Shown in pieces: positions 1 to 15,000 of a stretch of DNA of 64,000 nucleotides (the first letter of the stretch is position 1; each line of letters begins with the position of its first letter). The DNA lies in NCBI GenBank assembly GCA_965202585.1, contig OZ241829.1, forward strand, positions 52,886,001-52,950,000, given 5' to 3'. Below the pieces are notes generated by a model. The model saw nothing but the letters and a program-made list of their open reading frames with translations. It had not been told where the DNA came from and made no database searches. The position numbers and the translations under genes are program-made. This DNA is from Thalia democratica. Lineage: Eukaryota.

Positions 1-33
1 AACTAGAAACAATATCAAAAAACAGCCATTATA
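1..33 (+). CDS. CSPP1: Probable CSPP1 exon cut by the window edge ([11 protein letters not shown])
   Basis: Open frame from base 2; GTAAGT donor at 34; phase 2 matches the exon at 3692. Confidence 0.5.
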
Positions 34-3000
34 GTAAGTGTATTTAGTACCTCTCGTATCTTTACGGATTTTTTCTGTGGACACAATGTGCGTAAATAAG
101 CGAGAGGTTACTGTACTTATAGAAAAATATATTTAAATTTAAGTTTAGATATGTCTAAAAAAGGAATGAAATTCAAATGTAATAAACAAGTCCAATTAAA
201 TTTGGCTAATTAATTACAAGCTGTAACTTAAGGCTTATTAGTATATTTAGTGATATCCTAAGTTTTTAAAAAAGATCCAAATCCGGATTTGGCCAGATCC
301 TAGATTTGGCCGATTTGCAATCAGCTTTTTTGATGAAAATATATTTCAAAGATTTCTGTAAATAAAATTAAGAAAGTATATTATTAAGATTATTATTAAT
401 AATTAAGAAGTTTAAAATTTTGTAAAAGTAACTTTAATTACTGATTTTATTAAAAATAAATTAAAGAATAAAGTTTTCAACATTTAAGTAAATGTATTTA
501 TTGAAATTTGATTTGGCAAAAGCGTACCACGCTTTATTACTGTAAAGTATAATTAATTATTTTTGTCTGTTTTTCAGTATTAATAATTAACAAAAGAGTT
601 AATCATATACTCTAAATGTCATGTTATAAATTGACATCTTTTTTATTTGAATACAAGAAATATATAGAAATAATATTTAGTTGAATTAGTTTTAATATTT
701 TTTTAATAACCAATTTTGTTAAAAGACTTGATTTTGAATAGTTTTGAAAAGTTATTATTTTTTGATTTGATAAAACTCAGGATTACTCATTCAGTTTTTT
801 TAAACGAAAAGAGTGGCAGCTCTGTAGAAATAAGAGACTAATTGTACGATTTTTTATTTTGTAATTTTGTAGCAGCACATAGTTTTTTTCTCACTATTTA
901 ATAATGTCATTAGTCTAGATTTTTTTGATATAAGTGTGAAAGATTCTTCTTATGCAGTTTGTAGCCTTTGCAATGCACTCATCAAAAGATTTGTTAGTGT
1001 TAAAGCGTACATCACCTCTCCTTAATAAAATATTTGAAAATAAAACATCAAAAGCAACATCCTGAAGCTAAAAAAGTATCATCAAGCTAGGATGCAGTCA
1101 ACAGTAGTTTGCCTCAAATCCAAAAAAAAGGAAATAACCAGCTATGAAGCAATCTAGAATTGACGATTATGGCCCTGTAAAAGTTTAGGACAGAAATTAT
1201 GCAAAAGCAATAATAATTTAAAAAAGAACATGAATGCTATGGACCTTTATCTATGTTAATGATCAATGATTCATAGACCTGTTGGCTGTTTGTTTTAGAG
1301 CAAAGATACTAGGTTTCGAGTATTACTTCACTAATACAATGCTTTCAACAGACTTATAAAACTTTAAAGATAGAAATAAGAACTAAGTTATCACAAGCTC
1401 CGTTTTTGTCATTAACAAGTTACATACGGATAGATTTCAAGACAAATGAATTATATCTTCCTTTAACAGCGTATTGGTAAAATGAAAGCTTTGAACACAA
1501 ACATCGACCTTTACACTCTGAGAAAATAGAAAGTTCCTACACTGGCTTTAATGTTTGTGCAAACATAAAGGAGATGCTTGAAAACTGGGGTATTTCTATG
1601 GATTGCATTCACGTGTTTCTGTGCGACAATGCGTTTAACATAAAGGCTTGTTGTTAGAAGCATCTTTAGTACCCTTTTATATCCACAAACTTGAACTGAT
1701 AATTAAAATTTCCATTTCCAATGACAATAACATATCATTGGAAAGAACATAAAACTGTTGGTCACTTTAGATATTCTTCTACAGCGTCAAGAAACTAAAA
1801 AAAAAATCCAGATAGGATTAGATTCAACACTGACAATGCAAAAAAACCTGGCTACTTGTGCAAGATGTTTAAAGAGGGTAGAACTTAATCTACCTTGTAC
1901 TGAATAGACTAGTAAAGTTAAAAGAAAGAGTCCAATACTACGTGGAAAAAAATATTTTTTTTCCCAATAATATTATTACAACTGAAGAACGGCAAGTTGC
2001 TAGCCACATTAATAAATTGCTTGAACGTTTTTACATATTAACGCAGCAGTGTAGTAGAAACAACGCATTGCTGTTAAGTGTATTCCCGCATGTAGATGTA
2101 CTAAAAACGTTTTTAATCATAAAGCGAGTAGTCCACCAGGTCAAAATAGTCCTACAACCTTAGCAACCTAGGCAGAAAATGTAGAAGAGGTTTTTTAAAG
2201 ACGGTTTTATACTTTAAATAATAGCACACGCTAAAATCTTTATAATAACGACTTGTTTTACTCACAATAGCTGTTTATTTACCTTATCAACTTTACTTTT
2301 TCCCTTTTAACCTCAAACACAAAGTTGAAGGATTGCTGAAAAGAAAATAGAAGTAAAAAAGGATAGTTGTCGTTAAACTGGTCAAAAAGTTCAAGTTTAT
2401 CTAATACCGCTTAAAGCTGAACTACCTACAAGTAATGTTCTAAAAGATTTTTTTGTTCTACTTCACATTTAAAACAAAAACAAGTACAGACACTCACGAA
2501 AGTGAGCAACAAGATTCACTTGGGACAAAAATTAAGGGTTTTTTTGCTGATGGAATTTACCTAAACAAGTTAAGGAGTCTGAAGTTTTGTTTTGGTCGAA
2601 CTTAAACAAGACAATCACATCTCGCCAGGTTTGCAAGAAAGTATCTTTCGTACCACCATCCTTTTTTTTCTATTCTGAAAGGTTATTTTCTTAAGCTAGT
2701 AAACTGTAAAATTACAAAATTCAAGTTTAGTCTTATAAGTAGCTTGAAATAATATCTCTACATTTAAACAGAATTTTCGTATAGATAGATTATTTTGTCT
2801 TTTTATATAATGTTTTTTTGCTTAGTGTTCAAATAAGATATTTAGAAAATGACAATGTGGTTTTTTAACAAGATGTTTGTATTTAACATTTTTACTAATT
2901 AGTGGTATTATAATAATAAATTTTATAAAGTTTGTTCTCTATCGACACTACATAACACTTAAATTATTTAGGATTCTAACTACTGGATCCGGTAGATTAC

Positions 3001-6000
3001 TAGTAAATATTAAAACATATTATAATCTAAGTAAACAAACTGTTACTATTTTTTTTGTAGCTTGTTGTAACTAAGGGTAGCCATATATAATACTTAAAAC
3101 AAAAAAAAAACCTTAAACACAACTTGATAATGAATTTTTTATGTCATATTATAACTTTTTGTTTAAACTATTGTTTGAACACATAATTTAGTTATTTTTG
3201 GTTTAGTTAGTTTTTTTAATTCAACACTGTTCTGTAGATTTTAAATTATTCCTTACTGGTTTTTCTAAAAATTGTACTTTGTATGTATCTCCTTATTTTG
3301 GTATATTTGCTTTATTAAACTTTTTATAGTGAATAACTATTGCAAATTGATCTTTTAGATCATGATTTGATTTAATTATGTTATGTTTCCAAATGTTTCT
3401 GTGTGAACATCTTTTTGCAAAACTTTTTGTTGTTTGCCTAATGTTAATTTATTATATACAGTAATCTTCCGGTTTGGTACGCCTTTTTTGAGTATGTACT
3501 GCCGGTTAAGTAAGAATCATAGACATAAACGCTGTTTTAAAAATGCAATTTATTTTTATATCGAAAAAAAAAAAATCGAATGTTGTAATACAAAATCAGC
3601 ATATTTTGATATGAATTTGCTTCTAAATAAATAAAACAAAAACTTTAATTAATTGATATATACATTTTAAATTATAACCTTGTAAATTCAGCAGAAAATT
3701 ACAAGCTAAAGTACAGCCAGTAAATGGTTTGAATAAATTTCCATCAAAATCGATGCTAAACCAAACAGGTATACCATACTCTAGCAGGTGAGCTCTTAAG
3801 AAATTTATATATGTTATTTAAAAAAAAGTTCTAATTTGATAGTTTAAAAATCTTTATTTTTATATGTATATTAAAAATAAAGCTTCTATTTTGTGAAAGT
3901 GTTGTTTCTAGCTTTTATCACATTAAACTTTACCGTTTTTAGCAGAAATACTAAAAAAATATATATTTATAACTGAATAATAGCTGAAAACATTTTGGCA
4001 ATATCCATCAAAATTCTATTAGTTCTGTTTAACGAAAAGTTCCGATGTTGTTTTTTAAATTTGTTTTTTTTTCATGTTACACATAATACAATTGTGTAAA
4101 TGTATATAATATGTTGGTTCACCTAAACAGTTTCTATAATTAAGTTGTATTAAATGTTTTTGTTTTGGTTAAGTAACATTAATTTCAATGTAGGTCTATA
4201 GTGCATTCTTCCACTCATCAACTCCCGCCAAAAGAGATTATAACTCCCGAGGATCAGGCTTACTTTTATTACGCCAACAAAAACCCACTTGATCCTGCTT
4301 TTAATGAATCACTACAAAATGCTATTCTTCCCAGAGTACCTTTATTAAACAATTACACTTATATTGATAATGAAGGTTTGTTCTTTTTAATTCAAATGTT
4401 TATTTTTGTACTTGTTAGAATAGGATTGGGCAACTTACGGCCCGCGGCCGGATTCGGCCCGCCTACCATACATTTTAACTTAAAAATACTTATACAAATC
4501 AAATAAAATAGATCTTGATTAATAAATATTTAAAAATTTGTTTTTGATTTGGTTTTAATTAACGTATTAGTGTTTATTAAAACCATCAGAAACTTTTTGC
4601 AATAATGACAATAATGCAGACTTAAATAAAGTTTTTAAATTCTATTTACTACTGCTTTGTAGTTTATACTTGAAGTATTGTTTGTTTTTTAGCTTATAAT
4701 TAAAAAAACCTCGGAATAATTTTTACGAGCTTTGAGATTCTTATTTTTAATATTTTTCAGTACGTTTTATTGCAACAATAAAAAATATTATTCTTACTAA
4801 ATCTTTAGTTTTTAATTTTTTGCGATAAAACTTTTTAATTAAAAAAGTCGTATACAGCTATATTTTTGTTATCTAAACAATATATTTTAAGAGGCTTGAA
4901 CGTTATATTCTAATTCTAGTCGTCCAATGATTAAAATAAGAACTAAATGCAAAATTGATCAAATATTTCTACTTTTCATAGTGACAAGAAAGTAAGATGA
5001 GAATTTTTCAATTAAAGCAGCTAAAATCGTTTTGTTTTCATTATAACAAAATCACTTAAGTACCAAATCTGAGAAATTTGAACAAAACAAAGAAGTTATA
5101 CAAAAGCTACAAACACTTGCTAAGAATTAACCATATCTTGACGAAAATACAGCTTTTAGATATTTAAAATAAGCTAATGAAGTTTATATGCTAAAATAAT
5201 TTTGCTTTAATAGTAAAAAGTACCCCAAACTATATTTTACACACATACCATGTAAAAAGAGGCAGCAAGCAATGCATATAAACGTATGCTTATTTTAGTA
5301 TAATTTTGCAAGTCAGAAAAAAATTCAGGACATTGTTCCACAGAAAAAAATCTTTGCTTAAAGTAGTAATAGGTTAATATGATTTTACGCACTTAAAGTT
5401 GAAGTCAGTGTTTGAAATATTTTTATACTTAATTGATTTGTACTGCCTGCAAACGCAGTGCGAACAAAATATCTATTAGCTTCTACGTGTAGAAATAAAA
5501 ATGATACTTTACATTTTAAATGAATTTAGGATAGGTAATTTGATTTGAGAAAAGTATTTAAAGTTATTAGTAAAGTTTTACGTATACTTCAAATGCTTCT
5601 ATTTATTATATTGACATTACTCATTACCCGCTTTAGTTTACTAATGTATATTTTTTTAGATAAAGAAAAATCAGTTATTCCTGAAGCTGTAATACCTGCA
5701 AGTTTGTCTGATAAAAAGTTTGTTTTATTTTTTTGAGTTTATGGATCATTTGTATGATTTTAGTATTGTCCATAAAAATACTGTAATTAAAGGTGTTTTG
5801 ATAAAAATTTAAAATTTTTAAGTTTTTAAAAGTTTAGTTAAAACTATTAAAATATTTTTATATTAAATGATAGAGTGAGGTAAACTAAAAGTATGTAAGT
5901 TTATAAGTAAAATCTATAAAAGTTTATAATTTTTTCTTCTAAAAATAATTATTTTTAAAGTTCATGAGCTATAGGTAGTTTTGTGTAAATTTTTAGTTTT

Positions 6001-9000
6001 AATTTTATTAAATAAAAATTTTCCAGTAATCAGTTGATATGATTTTAAATTTTATAGATACATATTGTCCAAAGTTTTAAGATAAACTTTGAGTAATTTT
6101 AAACGTATGAAATATAGTTTTAATACATACACTTAAAAGTATTTTTGTTGCTAGTATAATGTACCTTTTTAAAAAATTATATTATATTATATACAAGATT
6201 AGGTAGCAGTAATACTTACAATAAATATAAAGACATGTAATACAAAATGTTTTATTTATTTATATTTAGTTTACGCACAAACCATATGCCTTAAGTTTTA
6301 TATTCTAATTTATATTAGTTGACTTCCAGCTAATTGAAATACAAGTACATTAAACTGCTAAAAAATTCTGTGCATCTCAAGATTGTAAAGTAAGCTGCTA
6401 GTTATAGGAACACGCTAGTTATAGTAAGCTGCTAGTTATAGGTCTTATACAAAAAACACCTCCCAGTCCCTACTTAAACTCAGTACTATTAATAACGTTA
6501 TTAGAAAACAACTATGTAGCAATTTAAACTTAATGATTTTTAATATGGTGATAGAAAGTGGTTTTTTATCTTTATTTAATAAATATATAGTCCTCTGCTA
6601 TTACAGTGTTGTCTGATATCGCCTTGTGCAGGATCGAGACTGTGTTTAACTCAGGATTATTTTTACGAGCATGCCTATTAGTACTTGTAAGCCATTTGTA
6701 AGCCAAGTATTCTAAGCCATTTGTGCACGCGTAGCGTGCTTAGTAACTAGTTTCGAGAGGCTAGAGCTAGAGGCTCATAAGTTCCTAGCTTTCTTACTAT
6801 TAAAACTAATAGCTTACTTAGAGTTAAATATATTGTAAACGGTTAAACTAGATACTAATTATTTAAACTTAATCTATAATGATGTTATACAAGGCTTTAT
6901 GTATCATATATATATAAACTAAATACTAGTTATTTAAACTTAGTTTATGGTAATCCTTAAATTGAGTATTTTAAGATATACTAGTATAATCCTCAGCTCT
7001 TAATACTAACATATTTGGTTCGTCTGACAATTTATTGGGGCGGTCAGATATGTAAGTCAGCTCAGGATTACGTGCTTGACAAATGACCATGTTTACTAGC
7101 ATCTCTTACTTGACTATGTAACTATTACTATTAATATTATATTTCTAGCATGCTTTACTATGTTTACTAGCCTAAGCTTGCGGCTGAAAAAGGTATGGAT
7201 TTCTTGCTGCTAGTCCTTATAGTCACTTTTACAGTTACAGTTACTTTATAAAAACTTACTATAGCCTACTCAACTGTCGTTAGTAAACAAATGCAAATTA
7301 GCACTTACATTTTTTTACAATGTAAACAACCTACGATCTAAGAAAAGAACGCTTTAAAAAGAAAATAAAAGTTTTGTTGAACGAAAATCAGTAATGCACG
7401 CTTATCGACGTAAAGTTGAAAAGTGCTCTGCTAAAAAACCCAAAAGTACGGGAGGTCAAAAATCTCAATAACCAACTACGCTACTTTCGTGGTGTTATAA
7501 CGTTTCTGCGTTTTTCGAGTGTTTAATAAATCTCTTCAAAACAAGACAAAGCAGATATGCTTACGCTACTAAAATTATAATCTTTACTTACGTTCGTTAA
7601 ACCAATAAAACAAAAAAGTTAGCTATTCAGCACTTAAAGTTTATTTTAGAACTTAATAAATAAAGCGATTAGAAAAAAAAAACATTCACACTCTAGCAAG
7701 CCAGAGCTCGAAGGTTTGCTTGGACGATACTTTTAACTAGATGTATTAGCAATTGCTCTAATTTATCAGTGACTCTTACTAAAGTCAGAGCAAAGCTAAG
7801 ATTTTAAGCGTATCAAACGTCTAAAAGTCCGCTTTGGTTTATGTAGAATAGAAGTTTTTGTATGACTCTTATTGAAGTCAGAGCAAAACTAGCACTTTAG
7901 AAAATACCATCTAAAAACTACGGTAGTTGATCTACAAAATATATCTCTATGTCGCTCTTATTGAAATCAGAGCAAGGTTAGCACTTCAAGCGTATCAAAC
8001 GTCTAAAAGTCCGCTTTGGTTTATCTACAATATAAACCCAATACTTAAGAAACAGTTGTTAAGAAAACAACGAAATGTGAAAAGCATATAGTAAACAAAA
8101 TATAATCTAGGTGACTTTGAGAAACTAAAGTAAAACAACGTTCTTAAAAACATTTTCTAGATCTCGTTTGTTATTAAAAGTAAACAAATACACGATTCTA
8201 ACAAAGTGAAATTTCGTTCACAGAAAGATTGTTTAAGTGCATGTTAAAACCAAAGTTCGCTTGCTTAATCGTAGCGTAGCTTAATCACTTATAACTTTGA
8301 TAAAGTACATCTGCAAGTGCAACGCGTACTCGCTTAGCGATCTTAAACTTCGCTGAAAATTTAGAAATTATACTACCTTTCCTCGCGATGCTTGGCTTTA
8401 AATAGTGTTACGCAACAGTAAAAGCTCTTCTTTTTTATGAATCACTCAGGCGAACAAGCAGCTGATGCTTACAAAGATATTGAAACAAAAAAAAAGACAC
8501 AAAAAGCATTAAAAACAGTTAGATACGTTGAAAGCACTGTATCCTTTGGTGAACCTTGAACAACATTTCTTGGTGTCTAGATTTGTGAACTTAATACTGA
8601 ATTGATGTTTCTGATTGCATATAGTAATATTAGGTGTGAAAAGTATTGCTTTTTGAAAACTAAAAAGTTTTAAACGAATTAAAATATCTTAGTTTAAAAT
8701 TTTTTTTTTCTAAGTTCAGAATTAAATAAATTAAATTATTTAAATTAGCTCTTAACATTTCAGTAAAACGAGCAATCTTTTTTAGTTAAGAAAACAAACT
8801 GTATAAGTTCATAATTAAAAATAGCAATTTGGTTTATAATTTGTTAAGAGAAGTACATGCTTTTATATACTTCTAATATTTTTTTAATTGCATAAAAAAT
8901 TCTAAGATTAATACCTAGATGTAGAAAATTTATGCTTTAATTTTAGGTTAGAGTAATTTTGTTACAATTTCTAGAAAAATATAATTAAGCACATTTGAAA

Positions 9001-12000
9001 TAAAATATTGGTTTTGGGCTGGTATATTATAGTAAAATTAAATACCTTGCTGTGTCTATGATAAGAAAATTACAATTTTTTATTATGTATAGATCAATAC
9101 TTAATCATTACGATTAAAGTGTAAGATAAAAGACCCTAATTTTCATTTATAAAGTTTTTTAACTTGCAAAAAATCATTTGAAGATAAGTCACTTTTAATA
9201 TCATATTGATATACTAGCATTTGAAGTATATTAAACTTATACTACGGTTGCAACTGTTTAAAGCATAGAATTCCATAAATTGAAATAAATTAAGAGCCAC
9301 CAACTAAAATTAAATACTGTTAATAAAGTTTGTATACCTATTGTAGTTATGAAAACTGACTTAATATAAAAAAAAATAAAAGATAAATTGTTGCGTATAA
9401 AATGAAGACAGGAATTTAAGAAAAATGTTTAAACTAACCTGAGTTAATATAATTACATAATAAAGTTATCACTTAAGTACACTAAATAAACATTAATAAT
9501 TCTCTTCTGTAGAAATGTATAGATTAAGTAAAAATTGAATGAGCAGTATAAAATAAAAAAATAAGATTCTCAGGACATTATAAATTGATTTAAAAAAATA
9601 AAATTTTAAGTTTTAATGTTCAAAAGTTAGAAATTTAAAGTAAAACTTGTTTTATTAAAATTTTATGATAATTTTTTAAAATCTTTTGAAAGTGCATAAA
9701 ATTAACAACTAAGATTCCTGGTTGCTACTTAACATTGAATTTGAAGGAACTTCTGCTTTTTTATAAGGAATAAAATAATCAGAGTTGCCTTTTTAAAAAC
9801 CAAAAAATGTCAGCCTGAGTGACCAAAAACTGATTCATCTTGAGAGTCTTAAAAACAAAACAATTTTGAAAGCCAAAATCTGAAAATATAATATGAGTAG
9901 TTAATCAATCCGGAGTACCTAAAAATAGCATTATGATATTAAAAGGAATATAGGTCTAAAACATAAAAAAAACAATCTAAAGAAAAAAAGTTCTAAAATT
10001 ATAGAAACTAGCCTGAAGTTTGATAAAAAATATACCAAAATAACATGAGTTTTGCAAAATAACTATAAACAAGCCTGAGTCAGCCTAAGTTTTAGAAAAT
10101 TTTTATCAGAGTGTGTGGTAACTAGCCTGAGTGTGTGATAATTGAAAAAAAAACAAGACTTTTCTAACATTTTTTATGTACTGTTGAAATTCAGAATTAA
10201 GTTGTTCATAAATGTATAAAGAAAATCTTTAATAACTGTCTTCTTTATAAAAGTTAAGGGCATACGGGGGACCGACATTTTTTTGTTTACTAAAAATAAC
10301 ATTGGATCTTAGATGAAAGCTTAAAGTACAAACTACAAGCCACTTTTTATAGAATTAAAGAATGTAATTTAAATTTTGAGATATTGTAATTTTTATATAA
10401 AATTTTCGATACAAACGTATAGAATGTAAAATTTTCGTGGTCAATTTTCTCGGAAATTTGAAAAGTTACTAAAAACCTATCTTCTCCTTCATTTTTTGAG
10501 CTAGACACCTCAAACTTTCAGGAAACGTTTCTTTTATAATTTAGAAGACTTTGAATGTTGGAATTTGAAAAGTATTAAAAAATAAAAATTTTAGTTAAAA
10601 AAAACAAAAAAATAGGTGATTTTTTTTTATAAAAAATTTATTTTTCAAAATTAAAAAAATTCCTGCATTCAATCTTTTTTAAATTTAATAATACACATTC
10701 TGTGAAAATTTGAAGAAAATTGCTTAAAAAATGAAGGAGGAGATAGATTTTTAGTGAAATGGTCTTTTTTCGGGTTTTTAGTTTGCGCCTCCCATTAGGA
10801 ACCTATTGAGATCACCGACTTTGACCGCTCATATTTCAAAACAACTTTAATTTTTTTCAAGCGGTTAAAATTGTCTGATAGCTCAGATAAAACTTTATAA
10901 AATAAGATCAACTTGTAAAAACCCCCCTATGCCCTTAAGTTAAAGAAAAAAATTAAACAATATCAATAAATTCAAAATTATTTAACTTGGAAAATTTAAA
11001 TATGTATTTACAGAAATGTGTTAATAAATTAGTTTAATATAAGTTTTTAGATTCACAATAAGTACGCAATTATACCTGTAAGTATAAAATAATAACTTTA
11101 AAATTCAATTTTTACTAAAATAACACTGAAAGTATATTATGATAAGTATGCTACGTAAAATAAATTAATATAAATATAATTTTAAAAGTGTGTAGTATGA
11201 TTTTATTTTCACGAAAAAGGAATTTGTTTTTTCAAACATAATATTGTTACTAGAACATATTAACGTTTCAAATTTTAAACCTATTGTATTTAGTAATAAT
11301 AGAGTCTATTAAATGGATATTTTTTTTCAGAATTTAGTTGAACTCATTCATAAATACAGTAGTTTAAAATTTAACAACATCTTCAACACGAAAAATAAGA
11401 TAAGGGAAGTAAAACTGTAAACTTAAAATTTCCATATGAATTTTAGGGTACCCTTATTTTCCATGGTTGTTTATTGTTCTTAACTCATAAAAAACTCTTA
11501 CATTAGGTTGATGAAAGTTATAAGAAAAATACCAAAACGATCGAATGGGTACCAAGTGTTTAAAAGAAAGAAAAAGCAAAACAAATTACCATTGCAATTT
11601 TACCTTTAATTTCGAAGTTTATCGCTTGAAATTAATAAGTAGATAAAAAGAACTTTTTTTTTTTGCACAGCAAATAATCGGTGCACATATTCGAGTACCC
11701 TAAAATTCTTTAAAACACTGACTTTTACGTAAAAAATTTTATCATTAAAATCAGATATGTAGATAAATTACCATTTTTTTTAGCATGACTATTTAAAATA
11801 TATAAATAGTTCATTAAAAACTTAAAACTTAATAGTTTTGCACCAAAAAAGCAGTTTTAGTTGTGTAAACAGTATATATGTTATCTAGTTTAAAGCCTAC
11901 AAAACATACTTTTAGTCAGACCCTCAATGATTTTATACTTTAAAATTAAGTGATTTTTGGTAAAAAGTATATTAAAACTTGGAAAATTTTAATTTTAATA

Positions 12001-15000
12001 TTTAAAATACTTAATCTAGAGATGGTTTATTTTCATTCCACGACACCATAAGTCCAAGCAAGCAGCAAAAAGCTTTAACTTATCAGGAAGAACTTAAAAA
12101 ACAGGTTTGTAAAATATCAAACTTATAAGTCAATGTTGTATGATTTCGGGTATCAACGTTTTTATTATATTTACTTATATAAAAATGTAATCAATTGAAC
12201 TTTAAGTATTTAGTTTTCTTAAAGTAAGTAAGTAAGTACGTTTAAAACTAAATTAATTTATTTTTAGAATACAAGGGAAAAACCCATTAAAAAACCATTT
12301 GTCACTTAGTAAAAATGAGTTTTTACTTACTTTTTTTTGCAACAAAAAAAAATCTAATTGATTATGTTTACATTTCAAAAGTTTACAATTTATTAAGAAC
12401 AATTTTATTCATTACTAGGTGCCACTACCTCTTAATGAAAATAATATATATGTTTTGGAATATTAGTATTTATTTTATACTTTTGCAAGCTAAATAATGG
12501 TTTTTATAAGCTCTTCAATTTACAGTTTATATTAGACAGTGAATTTTGATTAATAGCTATGAAGTTATTTATTAATTTTTGTAATTCATATGTTAGCTTA
12601 TTAGAATTTTTTTATAGAAACGAAATAGTTGCCTAGTGTACGAAATTTTTACTAAATTAATATTTTTTGGAAATTAAAGAAAATTTAAAAAATAATACTT
12701 AATCCTAGTTTCATGACTTAAACTAAAACTAATAAAATAAACGTTTCAATTGGTGTAAGGTTTTTAAATTATTAATTAAAGATGGAAGAAAAAAAGCGTG
12801 CTAAGGAACTTAAAGAACAGGAAGAAGAAAGGTACAATCGTAAAATAGAGATGGAAATGAGAGAATATAATCCCTGGGGTAAGGGAGGAGGTGGAGCTCC
12901 TATGAAGGATGAAGGTGGAAAGACCATATGTATGTTTAGTTTTTTATTATGTTATATATATTTCTTCTATTAAAACCTAATCTTATGCAAACGCTACTTT
13001 TTAGATCATGTTTTGTTGAAAAACTGATATCAATTTTTGTTTTATGGGATGAGTAATAATTGTTAACATAAATACCCAACCAGTTATTAAAAAAATAGTA
13101 GTCATAAATCATTTATTTCAGCTCATTATAAGTCTAAAGGTATGTAGAACTGTAAAGAAGTTTAAAATTTGTTATATATAAGTTTTTATTAACTGGTTGG
13201 GGATATATTTCGTTCATTTCTAACTTGCTACGTATCTAACTTTTACTTTTATACATTTCTAACTTTAATTTTTCTCACTGAAAACGATTTAATTTTTAAA
13301 AATCTTACGTTTAGTTTGAACTTAACTTAATGTTGGTTTTAAAATAATTTAAGTTTATTTTTTAATTAGTTCACTTATTTTTAAAGTAACTTTTATTTAA
13401 CTTTAGTTTAGTTTTAATTTTATTTAAATTTAGTTTTAACTTGACTTTACTTAAATTTCTTTTTAAAAATTAACTTTAATTTTACTTTAATTGTAATGTA
13501 GATTTAATTTTTTTGAAATATAAATTTAAACAGGATTGAAATATTATATTTAACTTTAATTTAATTTTAAATTAAGTTTAATTATGATTATTTAAATAAG
13601 TTATAGCTTAGATTAAATTGATTTAAATTTAACTTTAATTTTAATTTATCAACGCTTAGAACACTGGTATGTTCTTTTTAAATATTTCTTCAGCTTAGTT
13701 TAAATATATATCAAAGTATAAAAGTAACAAATAACATATAATAAAATAACAAATATAACATATATAGTTACAAAATATATAAGTAACAAAAACTTTTGAA
13801 GTTAAGTATAAGAAATTACGTAATAAGGCAATCAAACAATCATAGATATCCAAAGATACAGCGGTCATTGAAAAAAAGAGCACTTTTTACATGTAGATTT
13901 TATTTTATGGATGTTCAACTATATAAAAGTTGCGTTTTACCGTTTCTTAAAAAAAAATAGTTTTTGAGGTATTACGGGATAAAAGCGAAGAGTTCATTAG
14001 GATCCTTATGGAGGGGCAAAGTTAAAACGGCAAAAAAAAAACTGTTTATTTAAAAATTTATCTTCTCCTACAGTTTTTTGCAACCATTCTCAAACTATTC
14101 TGTTAATCTAAAATTTTAAGTGATAATTGAAAATTAAGTTAAAAAATAACAAAAGAAAGAGATACAATTATAAACAATCCTTTGTAAAAATTAAAGAATT
14201 TTTAAGTATGAATAAGAAAAAAGTGATTATTTTCTTCTTTTATGTGATAAAATTTAATTTTTTTTTAGATTGATGCAATAGGATATTTTTTAACTAGCAA
14301 GAAATATTTCTTAAAAATTTGAGGTCAATAGCTTAAAAAATGAAGAAAGAGATAGAATTTTAATTAATTTCTAAATTTACTAGAAAATCGGCCTCGAAAA
14401 TTTTATTTCAATTCAGTTGTACCAGATTTTTTTAGGAAACTTGATTAATATCAAAAGCTAAATTATTTTTTTTATAAAAAGTTTAGTGCTTATTAGAGCT
14501 TTCAAATAAGAGTTAATGTTGATTAAAAAAATGTTGGATTCCCGCTGTGCCCTTAATTTATGTAAGTTAATTGTACATTTTTGAATAACATCTTTGATTT
14601 TACTATTATAAATCTGTTGTCTATAATTCTAAATATATTACTACTGATAGAAACCTTAACTTTTGAAGTAGATTTCAATATATATTTTATGTGTATATAA
14701 TGTTAGATATATATGTGTGTATAAATTATTTTGTTTTTTTTGATATATATATAGTCTTTTTTTGAAAAATATTTAACGTTGTAAAGTTTAATAGTCTCAT
14801 TTTTCATAGAGTTTTTCTTTATAGAATTTAAATTTTAAATGTAATTTTTTTATTTTATTTGTAGCTAATTATAATTGTGATTAAGTTGGGTATGCAACTC
14901 GATGACCGAGAGGTCTTTTTGGATATCCAAGTCCTTGAACCAAAAATTTTAAGCAATTTTTTGTTTTTGTTCAATAAACCATATTATAACTTATGCAAAA

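Noticed and set aside
13240-13650. TTTAA-rich low-complexity tract as a structured repeat
   Set aside because: No consistent period or termini can be discerned; this is ordinary AT-rich intron sequence.
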